A stretch of DNA of 64,000 nt from Hormiphora californensis. Lineage: Eukaryota > Animalia > Ctenophora. This document shows, piece by piece, positions 52,135-64,000 of this stretch. The DNA lies in the NCBI GenBank assembly GCA_020137815.1, contig CM035356.1, forward strand, positions 5,084,001 through 5,148,000. The letters are read 5' to 3'. Position numbers and translations under genes: made by a program. Numbering within the stretch: position 1 is the stretch's first letter; every line of letters starts with the position of its first letter. The notes under the pieces are model-generated. The model was not told the origin of the DNA, searched no databases, and was given only the letters and a program-made list of their open reading frames with translations.

Positions 52135-53088
52135 GCTGGTATCACTCACGTCATATCAGCGTCATTGTTTGATCTTGAGAGAAAAAGAGAATTGTGTGGT
52201 GCAAGTAATAGAGAGACAGAGAGGATGTAAATAGGACAGACATAATGGAGAGACAGAGAGAATGGGTCAGACAGTGCAGTTGTACAAGGAAAAGTATAAA
52301 AAGGAGGAGGGGTAATGCAATTGACTGCAGAAATAACTTTTTGAAAATATCTTTTTAGAACAAATAATGTCGTGTTTGGAATTTATTATTTCTTTCTGAT
52401 TAGTATCAGTAAACTGTACTAAAATTGTGATTCTTAGTTTGTGGTTCAGATCCACTACCCATGCTCCATATCTCTTACCCCCTGCAGCACTCTCTCGGAT
52501 TTAACACGAGATGTTTCCAGCTGTTGCCTGGCTAGACTGTGTTTCGGGCGCCCCGCACCCTACCTTTACAAATGTAAAGGGAGGGTTAGAACATAACAAT
52601 CCAGCTGGCAGTATTTCCCTCGACCCCCATTATCGAGCAGTATAACCCTGAAATAACCTTGGTAACGAAGTAACCCCTTGCCAGCGCGTTATTTCGTAAC
52701 CAAGAAATAACCCCACTAACTAGCTCACACTTTGATAACAACTCCCTACTAACTAGCTCAACAATGCGGGTATGGGATGGGGACTACACAGTATAACCCT
52801 GAAATAACCCCACTATTTACTAACTATAGCTCAAGAAGGCGGGTATGGGATGGGGACTACACACAGTATAGCCCTGAAATAACCCCACTTCTAACTATAG
52901 CTCAACAATGCGGGTATGGGATGGGGACTACACAGTATAACCCTGAAATAACCCCACTATTTACTAACTAGCTCAAGAAGGCGGGTATGGGATGGGGACT
53001 ACACAAAGAGATCAGTTACGTTAACAGGGATATAGAACTAGCACGTGGTGCACCATTCTTTAACCATCACCTACCTGTTGTCTTACAG

Positions 53089-56000
53089 CACGGGCCAACG
53101 TGAGTTGATTGGAATGGACAACTTCTTTACCTAACTATTCCCCCCTCCCCAGCTGATACCAACTAATTTTGGGTATTCATATTATACCTACTCAACAATG
53201 ATAATATGGGATAGAAACCAAGCTGATATGTTTCTCTCCCCCCCCCCAGCCTATATGTTTCTCCCCCCCCCCCCCCCCATTTAGGTGTGGGATAGCTGCT
53301 CTGAGTTCGATTATTCTTGCGAAGGATCCCAACTGCGACCATGTTAACACTGCCAACTCTCGTGAGTAGAATTCTCTTTGTCTCATAAACTTTCCATAAA
53401 CCAGTCAGTAGTGAGTACTTTTTCTAAATTACTAAAATATGGTAAATAACAACTCTCTCTCTCTTTAGTCTTTATAACTGTTGTCAATTCGCCCCCTCAC
53501 TTTACAGTACTAGATGCGGCTCTTTGTTCCCCCACCCCATAACAAATACCCTCTCTTCACAGTACTAGATGCGGCTCTTTGTTCCCCCATAACAAATACC
53601 CTCTCTTTACAGTACTAGATGCGGCTCTGGATATGGATATCTCAATCCAGGGGGAACTCATGTCAGTTTGGTACATGGCCAAGTTGGCTGAGTGGGCAGG
53701 TCTCAATCCCCAAGTTGTGGATCTTACTCCAAATACAGACATCCCTAAACTATTGGCTGATTCGGTCTTACTGTAAGTCCTGCTCTTCAAATGGGCTCCC
53801 TCCCTGTTTACAATATTACTATTTGTACTTGTTGAGTTAGTAAGGTGGATCTTACCACTCACTCAACAAGTTCTTACCAGTGCCTCTTTGATTGAGTAGG
53901 GGATCTGAATGAGTCAGATTATCATATCAGGAACCCTATTTTCTACCAATCTACAACCCTCTCCCTCTGCCAGTGCATTGGCCTGACCTGTATGGCGCCG
54001 CGACCCCATCTGAGCGCGCTGTCGCACTCAAATGGGGTATGGCGCCGCCATACAGGGCCTCACCCTATTCTCATTTCTTTCAAATGCGCGAGACTGTGGT
54101 CAGAGTATTGACCTCAAAGCTCTCCCCCTCTCTCTCTCTCTTCTCTCTCTCTGGGAATTGGGATCCTATTAGTCTTGTATTTCATCTCTATCTGGTTCGG
54201 AACCATTTTCGGTGTTAATTGCTCTTCCTGGTCTCACATTTCTCTTCTCTTCCCATTCTTTCTCTATGTAGTTCCCCGGGAGATCTCCCTTATCCTTCCT
54301 TTGAGAGGGTCCCAATTAGCGGGTCTGGTGTAGCTTATTTCATCCCCCTACCCTGTCCCGTCTTCCTGTGTCTATCCCTTCCTGTGTCTCTCGTCTCTCT
54401 CCCCTCTCTTTCTCTCTCCCGCTCCGTTATCTCGTACTTCTGATCTAATCAGTAGCCCCACTCTCTTTTCCCACATACCACATTATCACCTGGTTGGGCA
54501 ATGGGCGACTGGCTATCGATTGGCTGGCTAGTGATTGGGCGAATCTGAATCTTCCAACCCATTCACTAGAACAGTATCTCATGTAAAATTTGGACCTAGC
54601 GGCATCATGCACTCACCCCACGCCATAGTATTAACCTTTGCCCTCACGATCAATGTCACTCAATATCATATTCGCCCCTGTTTTTATCCCTGCATCAGTT
54701 CCGGGTTGTGGGACAATATAGACATAAGATTGTTTATAAATGTCTAACAACTGGGAACTAGCACAACCTCTCCCCTCCCTTAGTTCCATCCCCTCCCATC
54801 CCCAACCCCCTACCATTCACCCTCCTACCGAGATCTCGGCTAGGCGGGGTACCTTTCCCTTTTTGCTACCCCCTCCAGTTCGTCAGTCTGTCTGAAACCT
54901 ATCACAGGTGCCCTACGGCGCAGTGTAGAGACCGTGCCCGAAACCACGACATTAACTTTGTTTGACAAAACTGCTCTGCATGTTATCGAGATTGTTAACA
55001 TACACTAGTGATTAAGTGAGTCAGACAGTGCCGGTTTGAGAAAAACTGGGGTCAAACAAGGGTCAGCGTTGAGAGCTGTTACTTTCTAGTGTAACACCAA
55101 CAGAGATGGTCTATTACCAAGAAAGGGGAATATGCCGCACAGAGGAAGCAAAAAAAAAAGAAAGAAAAAAAAAGCTCTCCCCCCATTTTCTCCCTATCTA
55201 CAACTATTATATCTCTATCCCTCCCCGTACCCAACCCTCTCCCTCTCTCTACAGGATGATCTACAGCCCTCTCCCTCCATCTAATCTCTATATCTACAGG
55301 ATGATCTATGATAAGGATAAGAATAACGCACCTACCACACGGTACGGAGGGGAACACGCCCACTGGTTACTTGTAACGGGGTTCTCTAATCAACCTGTTA
55401 TATCATCTCAAACTAACCGGAGAAAAGGTAACACAATTGGTTATTTAGCAGCAGCATGTAATATTACATTCTGATGTGTAGTGGTAGACATTGCCTAACT
55501 AACAGAAGATTTAGTTTTCCTGAAAAGGTAACACAATTGGTTATTAAGCAGCAGCATGTAATAAATTCGGATATGTAGTGGTAGATATTAGGTTGTCCAG
55601 TAAATATTTTCGTTTGGCTTCTATTGGGAAAATGGTTTGAGATAGAGCAAAATGGACTTCACCACAGTTTTTCTCACGCGATTTTGGATCGGAATATCAT
55701 GCCTGATATCGGTATTTGGCTGTTCTCGGTTCCCACCAGGCTATTTACTCTACACCACTCTTGATGCTGCTGCATATGAAAAATCGCGATTTTCGAGTAT
55801 TAGCACTAAAGCTGCTGTACTTCCTAAAAATGGTACCTGAGTGATGTTTTGTTGCATCAAGCTTGTTCATTGGACAATTATCTATCGTTTAAGATGTAAT
55901 AAAAGATTCTATCTTTATTTTGTCACTGAGCAATGGGCCTCCAAAAAGTTTTGGTCAAAATTAGAAACTTTCACTTCCGGGTCTCACCAGGATTGGCTCA

Positions 56001-56786
56001 TAATCAAAAACTCTGCAGTAAAAGATAGTTCTAAGTCAGTTCTACGACATAGTGAACCCAATTATGTGATTGGTTGACTTAAAAAGTGAGTTATTGACGT
56101 TTTCGAACACACCCGTAAAACAGGCCAGATTTTTTTGCGCTTTTTCGATTTTTGATGTTACATTTACTCTTCTAGTGCTTACTATCGAACGCGTAGAGAC
56201 CCAAATCGCGTATACATTTTATCCTTGGACGATTTGCTATCGATTAAGCACCATTGGAGCTAAAAAGACTGTACCAGTTTTCTTAGGGAAGCGTTTAAAA
56301 AACTTTGGTGACCCCGTGCAGCGGCAACAACAGTGGGGTAGAGAAAATAGCTTGCTGGCACCCCAGAAAAACTATATACCGATATCAGGCATGATATTCC
56401 GATCCAAAATCGCGTGAGAAAAACTGTGGTGAAGTCCATTTTGCTCTATCTCAAACCATTTTCCTAATAAACACCAAACGAAAATATTTACTGGACAACC
56501 TAATATATTGCCTAACTTACAGAAGATTTAGTTTTCCTGACACCCTGTCTCTCCCCCGCCAGGTCGATTACTACCTCCCTCACCCCGATCAAAGGACCTG
56601 CAAGAACCCCAGAACGAGGTGCATGTATTCGCCCAACATGGAAAAAGTCGGATACGTCAGCTGTGGAGCTGGAGGGAGATATTGGATAGTAATGATAGTG
56701 TGAAGCGAGCCAAGAGTGGGAACTATCATGTTCCTGAAGATTTCCATGGACATGTGGCGGGACGTGGAATAAGGATCAAATTGTGA
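53089..56786 (+). CDS. ACTMAP: Actin maturation protease (C19orf54/UPF0692); 5' exon(s) unresolved, probably ~52500-52640
   Basis: HGPT|CGIAAL, GELMSVWYMAKLA, YDKDKNNAP...GEHAHWLLVTG, VFAQHGKSRIRQLWSWREILDSN; phase-consistent exons. Confidence 0.8.
53988..54055. mobile_element. 68-bp mini-MITE; related copies at ~59173-59228 and ~59470
   Basis: TIR CTGTATGGCG...CGCCATACAG; 7/8 TSD GGCCTGAC/GGCCTCAC. Confidence 0.6.
55588..56503. mobile_element. Mariner-type non-autonomous element with TA TSD in an ACTMAP intron
   Basis: TA-TTAGGTTGTCCAG...CTGGACAACCTAA-TA; ~125-bp TIRs. Confidence 0.9.
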
Positions 56787-58582
56787 CGCCATGTTGAAGG
56801 GACACCATGTTGAAGGGACGCCATGTTGAAGGGACGCCATGTTGTGAAGGGACAATGAACAGTTGACACCATAATTATTTTGGAGAAGGAAAGGGGACAT
56901 TTTGTTTGGGGTTATGATTAATGGGACTAAAAATATTTTATCACCTTATGACCTTGAGATATTGACTACTGACGGATATAATCTTACTTTTTTCTTTTAC
57001 TGTGTATTTTATAAAGTGACGTTTTCTTGAAGATTTTTGCAGGCCAGAATATTCTTTCAGCTTGTTCTAACCCTCCTTTACATTTGAGGGGAAATAGGGT
57101 CGAGCAAGACAACTGTCTGCGAGAAGTGGTCAGTTCGAACATTGTTTCAAAACAGCTCAAGTTGAATGATAAATAAAAGGGAATGAGGCTGCACGAGTAA
57201 AACCACATGTCCATTAATGAATATTTCTTTTAATTTCTCTCAAAGCACAGTTCATGTTTTAAGTATTCCGCTCTTTTTTAAAATCATTCAAATGAGCAGT
57301 ATATCTTGACGAGTAAAGAATTGTTTTTTTCTGATTTATTTTCTTGACCAACTTTTAAAATATCTGCCTTTCAATGTGCATTTGTTGTGGACCGGGACGG
57401 AACGAGCTCTGGGGTTGGACAGAGATCTGTGAGCTATAATATAGTATCAGGATCTTTCGGTGTATGCTCAAAGGCATAATAAACATGGCAATTCAATGTA
57501 AAATTGACCGCACTGCCTTTCAAACAACTGAGAGTATGCGCCCCCCCCCCCCCTCACCAACCCCTCGCACTAACCCCGACAACCCCTCGCATCACCACCA
57601 CCCCTCGCACTAACCCCACAAACCCCCACCCCTCGCACTAACCCCACAACCCCCAACCCTCGCACTAACCCCACAACCCCCACCCTCTCGCACTAACCCC
57701 ACAACCCCTCACATTAACCCCACAACCACCGCCCCTCACATTAACCCCACAAGTACCCCATATCATCATATCCCCACATATAGGTATGAAAACTATTGGA
57801 TGGGTGTGGTACAGTTCTTGAAGTTAGGCGATATGATGGGAAGGTGTGACGGAGCTGTGATTGGAAGTAAAGGTGTTGTTGTGACGAAGCATGCAACTGG
57901 AGCATGTGATGATGATGGTGTCAGTATGAAGGGGTATTGTTTCACCCAATCAGCCCAATCAGACAGGTATTAAATTAGTATAAAAAATTAGAAAGGAGGT
58001 AGAAATTACATTTAGAGATGGGGGTCGGGGTGATAAAAAGACAGGGGTAACCGTTGTAACTAAATTAATGCTCTCTTTCTCTCTTGGGAATAAGATAGTT
58101 GAGGGAGAGAGAGCTATGGGCAAATTGGATTTTAACACGATTAGGGTTCTAGTTCTCTCTCACCTTCTCTCTCACCTTCTCTTTCCCTAGTTAAAGTAAC
58201 AATCTCCCTGATCCGCGGATCGCCGCTAAGGATCCGGTTACTCAAAAACCAGCCGTTCCCACCGGAAAGAGAGATTGTTACTTTAACTAAGGGGAGATAG
58301 ATTGAGTGGGAGGATGAAGCTGCTTCGTCACCCTGGATTCAACTAACTCATTGAATAAGTCACACACTATTCATGTCAGTTTCTACTGCAGTTTATAATT
58401 TCACCCACTATCATGTCCACAAGCTGTAAACTATTGCAATCTAGTGTCACCATCCACAGATCACAGATGTGTGAACTATCACATAGGACACACACATCTC
58501 ACCAGTCAACTCTCTTTCAAAACATTGTCATCTGTACTTGACTAGTGTTCAAACACAGTTAGAAGGAAGGGGACTGTAGTGT

Positions 58583-61545
58583 TCAAACACAGTTAGAAGG
58601 AAGGGGACTATATGGTTTGATGTCCTCAAATAGACCTTTGCAGTCTGAAGGAGGCATGGCGCTGGGAAGGGCTGAGGAGTAGGGTCCAAATCCACTGTAC
58701 CCGGGCAGGAATGATCCCTCGTAACAGCTGGAGAGAGAGATATTTAGTTTAGAAATATCTAGTAGAAACTAGAACTGGGGACTAAAACTTCAATTATAGT
58801 AGTATGCGGGGGAGGGGATACTAGCAGTTATACTGGAATTTAGAAACCCTTGGCCTACTCCCAAAACCTATTTTATCTTTCCCAGCATGACTAACCTGAA
58901 TGGCGGTGGTGGAGAGTTGAAGGGTAGGGGAAGGTTTGTAGAGCTGGGGTAACTTTGTGCAAACAGTTGTTGATGAAGTTTGATATTCTCACTGTGCCTG
59001 TTCCTACTTCGGGCTGTCCCAAATGCCTTGTTACAACCTGGCACCTTACACTTGAACTTCAAATCCTAGGAGAGAGAGAGGTGGGGAGTTGGTCACTAAT
59101 TTAAAACACGACATATACACCAAACAAGTTTACAAAACGGGTATAATTCTAACTAATTAACATGTAACATACTGTCTGGCGCCGCGACCCATCTGAGAAT
59201 CAAATGGGGGTATGGCGCCGCCATACACATATCAAACTAAGCTGGATGGTAACACAAGGTGTAACACGCCCTACCTTAAGGTGAATGGCCGAGTAATGAC
59301 TTTTCATTGTTGATTTGTCCCCGAATGCGCTTATACACGAGTTCCAGGGGCACTTAAAGGGTCGCTCCTAGAAGTAAAGGGAGATCAGTGTGGCCGATAT
59401 AATGGAACTTTAGCAGGGCGAGATGATGGGGGTGTGCCATCGGTTAACCATGGTTTATAAATTATATGGCTGTCTGGCGAACCGATCTGAGCAGCACCAC
59501 TACCAGATATAGATGGCATGTCGCACAAGAAAGTATCAATTCAAGTGGCGTGTTACACCTCTAACTATAACAGCTCTCTCACCTTGGTATGAGAGTTCCT
59601 ATGTATCGCTAGTTCAGCCTGACTTCTACACATTCTGGAACACCCTGGCTCAGGGCATGGAACAGTCCGACTCTGCTTCTTTCTCGCTCTCTTCCTGCTA
59701 CCTCCTGGAGAGTGCTGCCCTGCAGGGGGGAGGAATGGGTTACTTGAGGTTCTAGTATTCAGTGAGAGCTTAGATCGGGCGGGTCTTGGTAGTCAGACAG
59801 TCTCTTTACTAGTTTTGAAACCAGCCGAAACTGAGCAAGAAAGGGAATGGAATGCACAACACTTTAGTACAACATCCGCAGGGAGCCCCTACAGTACTAC
59901 AGTACTATTGTCAGTAGTGGTCCAGGGAGCTGGGAGCAGTGCACTGTGTGTGGTCCAGGTAGCCCCCTCCCAGTCCCCTTTACAATATTGTGAAGCAGCT
60001 CGTATCCAATCTAAATCCCAGGTAGCTAATTGTGTAGACAGTTCATCTCTTGACTCAGGTAGCCCACTCGTATAGAACCATGGGCCACCCCTCCAGCACA
60101 TTGCATCTGTGCCAAGGAGGAGCACACACAAGCCACACTCTAGGTAGCCATGATGTGCTAGGGAGCCATGATGTGCCTGAATGGCACACTCTAGGTAGCC
60201 ATGTGTGGCACCCTCTAGGTAGCCCCCCTCATTGTGATCAAGCCAGCCACATGAAGGGCACATCCAAGGGAGCCATGCTACAGGTCACACAGTGCTAGTG
60301 TTGCTGTTGTACTAGATGTGTTGTGTGTGGCATTTGAAGCTTTTCGTGGTGTAGAAAACAGATCTTACTCAGTCATATGATTTACACTGTCTTTGAGCCT
60401 TTGGATCGTAGATATATTCGCAATTTGGTAGTGCCTAATTGGGCTCGTCGAGCCCCTCTGTGTTTGCACTTCGGAGCGGGGCTGCTACTCAGCCAAGGTA
60501 GTACCCACCTGATACTTTCTGATCGCGCTTCGAGCGAGCGATCCGAGGCTGGCATAACTGCCAGCCGACTTCTATTTCAATAAAGATTGCCATGCTGGAC
60601 AGTGTCGACAGTGTTTTCCCGAGACGGCAGAGTTAGAACTAACGGATGAACTTACCGAATTCTATAAGTGAGTCCTGATCATCGTCCCTCAACACATTCC
60701 TTGCCTCAACCTCTTCCAGGATGTTTAGCGCTATCTCCTGCAGGATGAAAACGGGGTAACACTCAGACTCTGATTCAGAGAAATGAAGAAGTGCATTTGT
60801 TTGACTCTACTGTAACTGTGGGAACCCGACTACTAAGCAAGTGACTAACAGCAAGTGACTAACAGCAAGTGACTAACAGCCATGTATGAATACTATGCAA
60901 GACAATTGACTATTACCTGTGTACAAGGAAACTTCATGAATGTTCTTACACCATCAGCAAGTGAGCGGGTACAGGACGTCCACTGACTCAACTCCCGACC
61001 ACTCGGATCCTGCGGAGAGAACACTATCAGAGCAATTCAGCAATAGAATTAGAACATGATCAGAGGCATTACAAAAACTATAATCTTCTATACAAATTGG
61101 AGCTGACAGGAAAACAATGGCACGATAAGGAAAACAACACCTTGTGTCTATGAAGCACCCCCCGGGTGGCAACTACATCACAGCCCCGTCAGTGGGTGGC
61201 CGTTAGGGGGTGGCACCACTGACCACTCTCGCCATGTGCCATTGTGCCACCTACCTCTAGTTTATATCCTCGAGCATAATCCTCTTCACTCCATCCCATC
61301 TGGGCGAGTCTATGTCTCCTCTCAACCCTCAGTGTGTCGTGGTATGCTGCTAATAACCGGTCTAACAGTATCTTCAGTTCCATGGGTATTGCATCATACC
61401 CCTTCAGTACCATCGCCACTGTGCTCCAAACTGATTTCACCTCCTCCGCTTGGTCCTTGGTGAGAAGGAGGGCTGCACCGGGCCAGTGTTGCTGGTGGAC
61501 TGGGTCCAGATGGTGGTGGGGGTCGTAGGGGTTAGTTGACATCAT
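58583..61545 (-). CDS. Basonuclin/disconnected-family zinc-finger protein, ~7 exons; 5' end uncertain
   Basis: [17 protein letters not shown]...[12 protein letters not shown] (basonuclin N-terminal conserved box); paired fingers [26 protein letters not shown]|[27 protein letters not shown]. Confidence 0.88.
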
Positions 61546-61815
61546 AGTGGTGGAGTGTTATTCCGCTGGACAAGAAATGGTTGAGGGGCTGCTGCTGCTG
61601 CTGCTCCTGTTCTGGGTATGTCACGTGATGTGGGGCGTGATCTGATTGGTTCAATCCTCCTCTCTGGTGTTACTATGGTGACCACTCTGACCGGTAACCC
61701 AAGATGGTTCTCCTCTCAGTGAGAGAGTTGTCTCTCCACCGGGATTTGTAATACGGTTAGGCCCAACGTAGCACACCTCTACCTCTCTCTGAGCTCTCTC
61801 TCTCGTGTCTCTTTC

Positions 61816-61846
<31 letters not shown>

Positions 61847-61961
61847 GCTGATCTCTCTCAGTTGATCTCTCTTCAAGGTTGGAGCAGGAACAGGGGAGAC
61901 ACTCACTGCGAATTGAGGGGATAGAGGAACGAGCGGGATAGGCGCTAAGAGAAAAAAGGAT

Positions 61962-62106
<145 letters not shown>

Positions 62107-62423
62107 ATAGAGAGAATCACGTGAGAGCACGCTCAAAATAACATCTGATCAAACACGTGGTCCGGTGCATTTGTGTGCTTTATCATTAGAGAACCGATGC
62201 TGAGCAAGCACTACTTGAGAGAGAGGGGGAGAAGAGAGGAGGGAGAGGGAGAGAGAGAGAGAGAGAGAGAGGGGGGTCGGAGAAATTACAGAAAATGTTA
62301 GCTATTCGACTCCTCCGCACATACTCCTTCTGTACACAACTGTACAATACACCATTGAGTCAGGGACCTAGGAAAAAACTGAATTTTTAAAATATCCGGA
62401 ATGATGAGAAAATCTTAGAACAA

Positions 62424-62488
<65 letters not shown>

Positions 62489-62927
62489 CCCTCTCTCTCT
62501 CTCTCTGTCAAATGTTTCTAATTGAGGGGACAATTATTTGCAGGTCCAGGGATTGCTTGCCAAGACTCTCTGAGCTGCACAGATGCCACGGAGAGTAACA
62601 CATGACGTGATGGTGGAATCAGGATACTTATTGATGAATGATGATGGACCATATAGTTATTTCCGCACAAGGTTTTCGAAACACAAAATGTTGTAAACAT
62701 CATGATCAAACATCGCTTTATTTCTTCCGAGGAATGGATCTTTTTTGCCTTTTTATCAAAACATATACGTGGATTGCACGAAGTTTCTCTCGACTCCCTT
62801 CAACAATTGACTTGAGAAGATTTCTCTTGCACGTGACATGCACCAGAACAGGGAAGCAGATAATCCTTTACCCTGGACATGATTCCTGGGCATGAGTAGA
62901 AACCCCCCCCCCCCCACCTGGCGGAGG

Positions 62928-62934
62928 TATAAAA
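62928..62934 (+). promoter_or_regulatory. TATA box
   Basis: TATAAAA ~95 nt upstream of ATG 63024. Confidence 0.55.
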
Positions 62935-63023
62935 TACACTGAGCTTCCCACTGCAGCTTACCCAGAATCAGCTACAGCTCACAATCCCTTTCTCTGATCT
63001 CTCTGATCCTTATTGTTGCCACT

Positions 63024-63104
63024 ATGAAAGTGTTCCTGTTCCTCATTGTTGCCGTGGTTACAACCTACACTTCTCCTGTTCACGACATGAAATGCTGTAA
63101 ACAG
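63024..63104 (+). CDS. Exon 1 of an unknown secreted Cys-containing protein/peptide
   Basis: MKVFLFLIVAVVTTYTSPVHDMKCCKQ|GTGAGT; signal-peptide-like, good Kozak context, upstream TATA box. Confidence 0.65.
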
Positions 63105-63146
63105 GTGAGTGTCAACTTCCATCTCTAACTTCGCTTTCCCTGGTTT

Positions 63147-64000
63147 ACTAACCCCTTACCTCCCTCCCTGACCCCTTCACCAGATCTCTAACCCCTTACC
63201 TCCCTCCCTGACCCCTTCACCAGATCTCTAACACCCTCCCTCCCTGACCCCTTCACCAGATCTCTAACCCCTTACCTCCCTCCCTGACCCCTTCACCAGA
63301 TCTCTAACACCCTCCCTCCCTGACCCCCTCACCAGATCTCTAACCCCTTACCTCCCTGACCCCTTCACCAGATCTCTAACCCCTTACCTCCCTCCCTGAC
63401 CCCTTCACCAGATCTCTAACACCCTCCCTCCCTGACCCCCTCACCAGATCTCTAACCCCTTACCTCCCTCCCTGACCCCTTCACCAGATCTCTAACCCCT
63501 CCCTCCCTGACCCCTTCACCAGATCTCTAACCCCCTAACTCCCTGACCCCCTCACCAGATCCCTAACCCCCTCCCTCCCTGACCCCTTCACCAGATCTCT
63601 AACCCCTAACCTCCCTCCCTGACCCCTTCACCAGATCTCTAACCCACTCCCTCCTCCCTGACCCCTTCACCAGATCTCTAACCCCCTAACTCCCTGACCC
63701 CCTCACCAGATCCCTAACCCCCTCCCTCCCTGATCCCCTCACCAGATCTCTAACCCCCTCACTCCTCCCTGACCCCCTCACCAGATCTCTAACCCCCTCC
63801 CTCCCTGACCCCCTCACCAGATCTCTAACACCCTCCCTCCCTGACCCCCTCACCAGATCTCTAACCCCCTCCCTCCCTGACCCTCTCACCAGATCTCTAA
63901 CCCCATCCCTCCCTAACCCCCTCACCAGATCTCTAACCCCCTCCCTGACCCCCTCACCAGATCTCCAACCCCCTCCCTCCCTGACCCTCTCACCAGATCT
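63147..64000 (+). repeat. ~40-bp C-rich minisatellite (>20 copies) resembling a 3' splice-site cassette
   Basis: CTAACCCC...CCCTCCCTGACCCCTTCACCAG|ATCT. Confidence 0.9.

Overview
Eukaryotic (animal) genomic DNA with GT-AG introns, many (GA)n microsatellites and many MITE/foldback elements. It is probably a cydippid ctenophore: the 109-bp element at 11751 reads QEPTETSKQPIRTRYLGHVTGYQPIRDQYFLIRSVP, which I recall as a very common repeat in Pleurobrachia gene models (not verified). Genes, in order: DZANK1 (-); MND1 (-) with a papain-family cathepsin nested antisense in intron 1; a C2H2 zinc-finger gene (-); KIFAP3/KAP3 (-); decayed multi-PDZ exons and an orphan RRM exon (-); an ANTP/NKL homeobox gene (-); intronless NUP93 (+); TXNDC9 (+) carrying a LINE that itself carries a DNA element; RPS27 (-); a consortin-like gene (+); ACTMAP (+); a basonuclin/disco-like gene (-); and exon 1 of a secreted-peptide gene (+). 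The main unexplained pattern is that tandem repeats in most multi-exon genes are built from the splice junction itself (donor plus exon end, or branch point/pyrimidine tract/AG plus exon start). The extreme case is a ~41-copy, 47-bp array in KAP3. Also notable: splice acceptors sit just before many start codons in tightly packed co-oriented genes (possible SL trans-splicing/operons), and foldback elements with different termini share internal modules. All calls were made by eye, without database searches.
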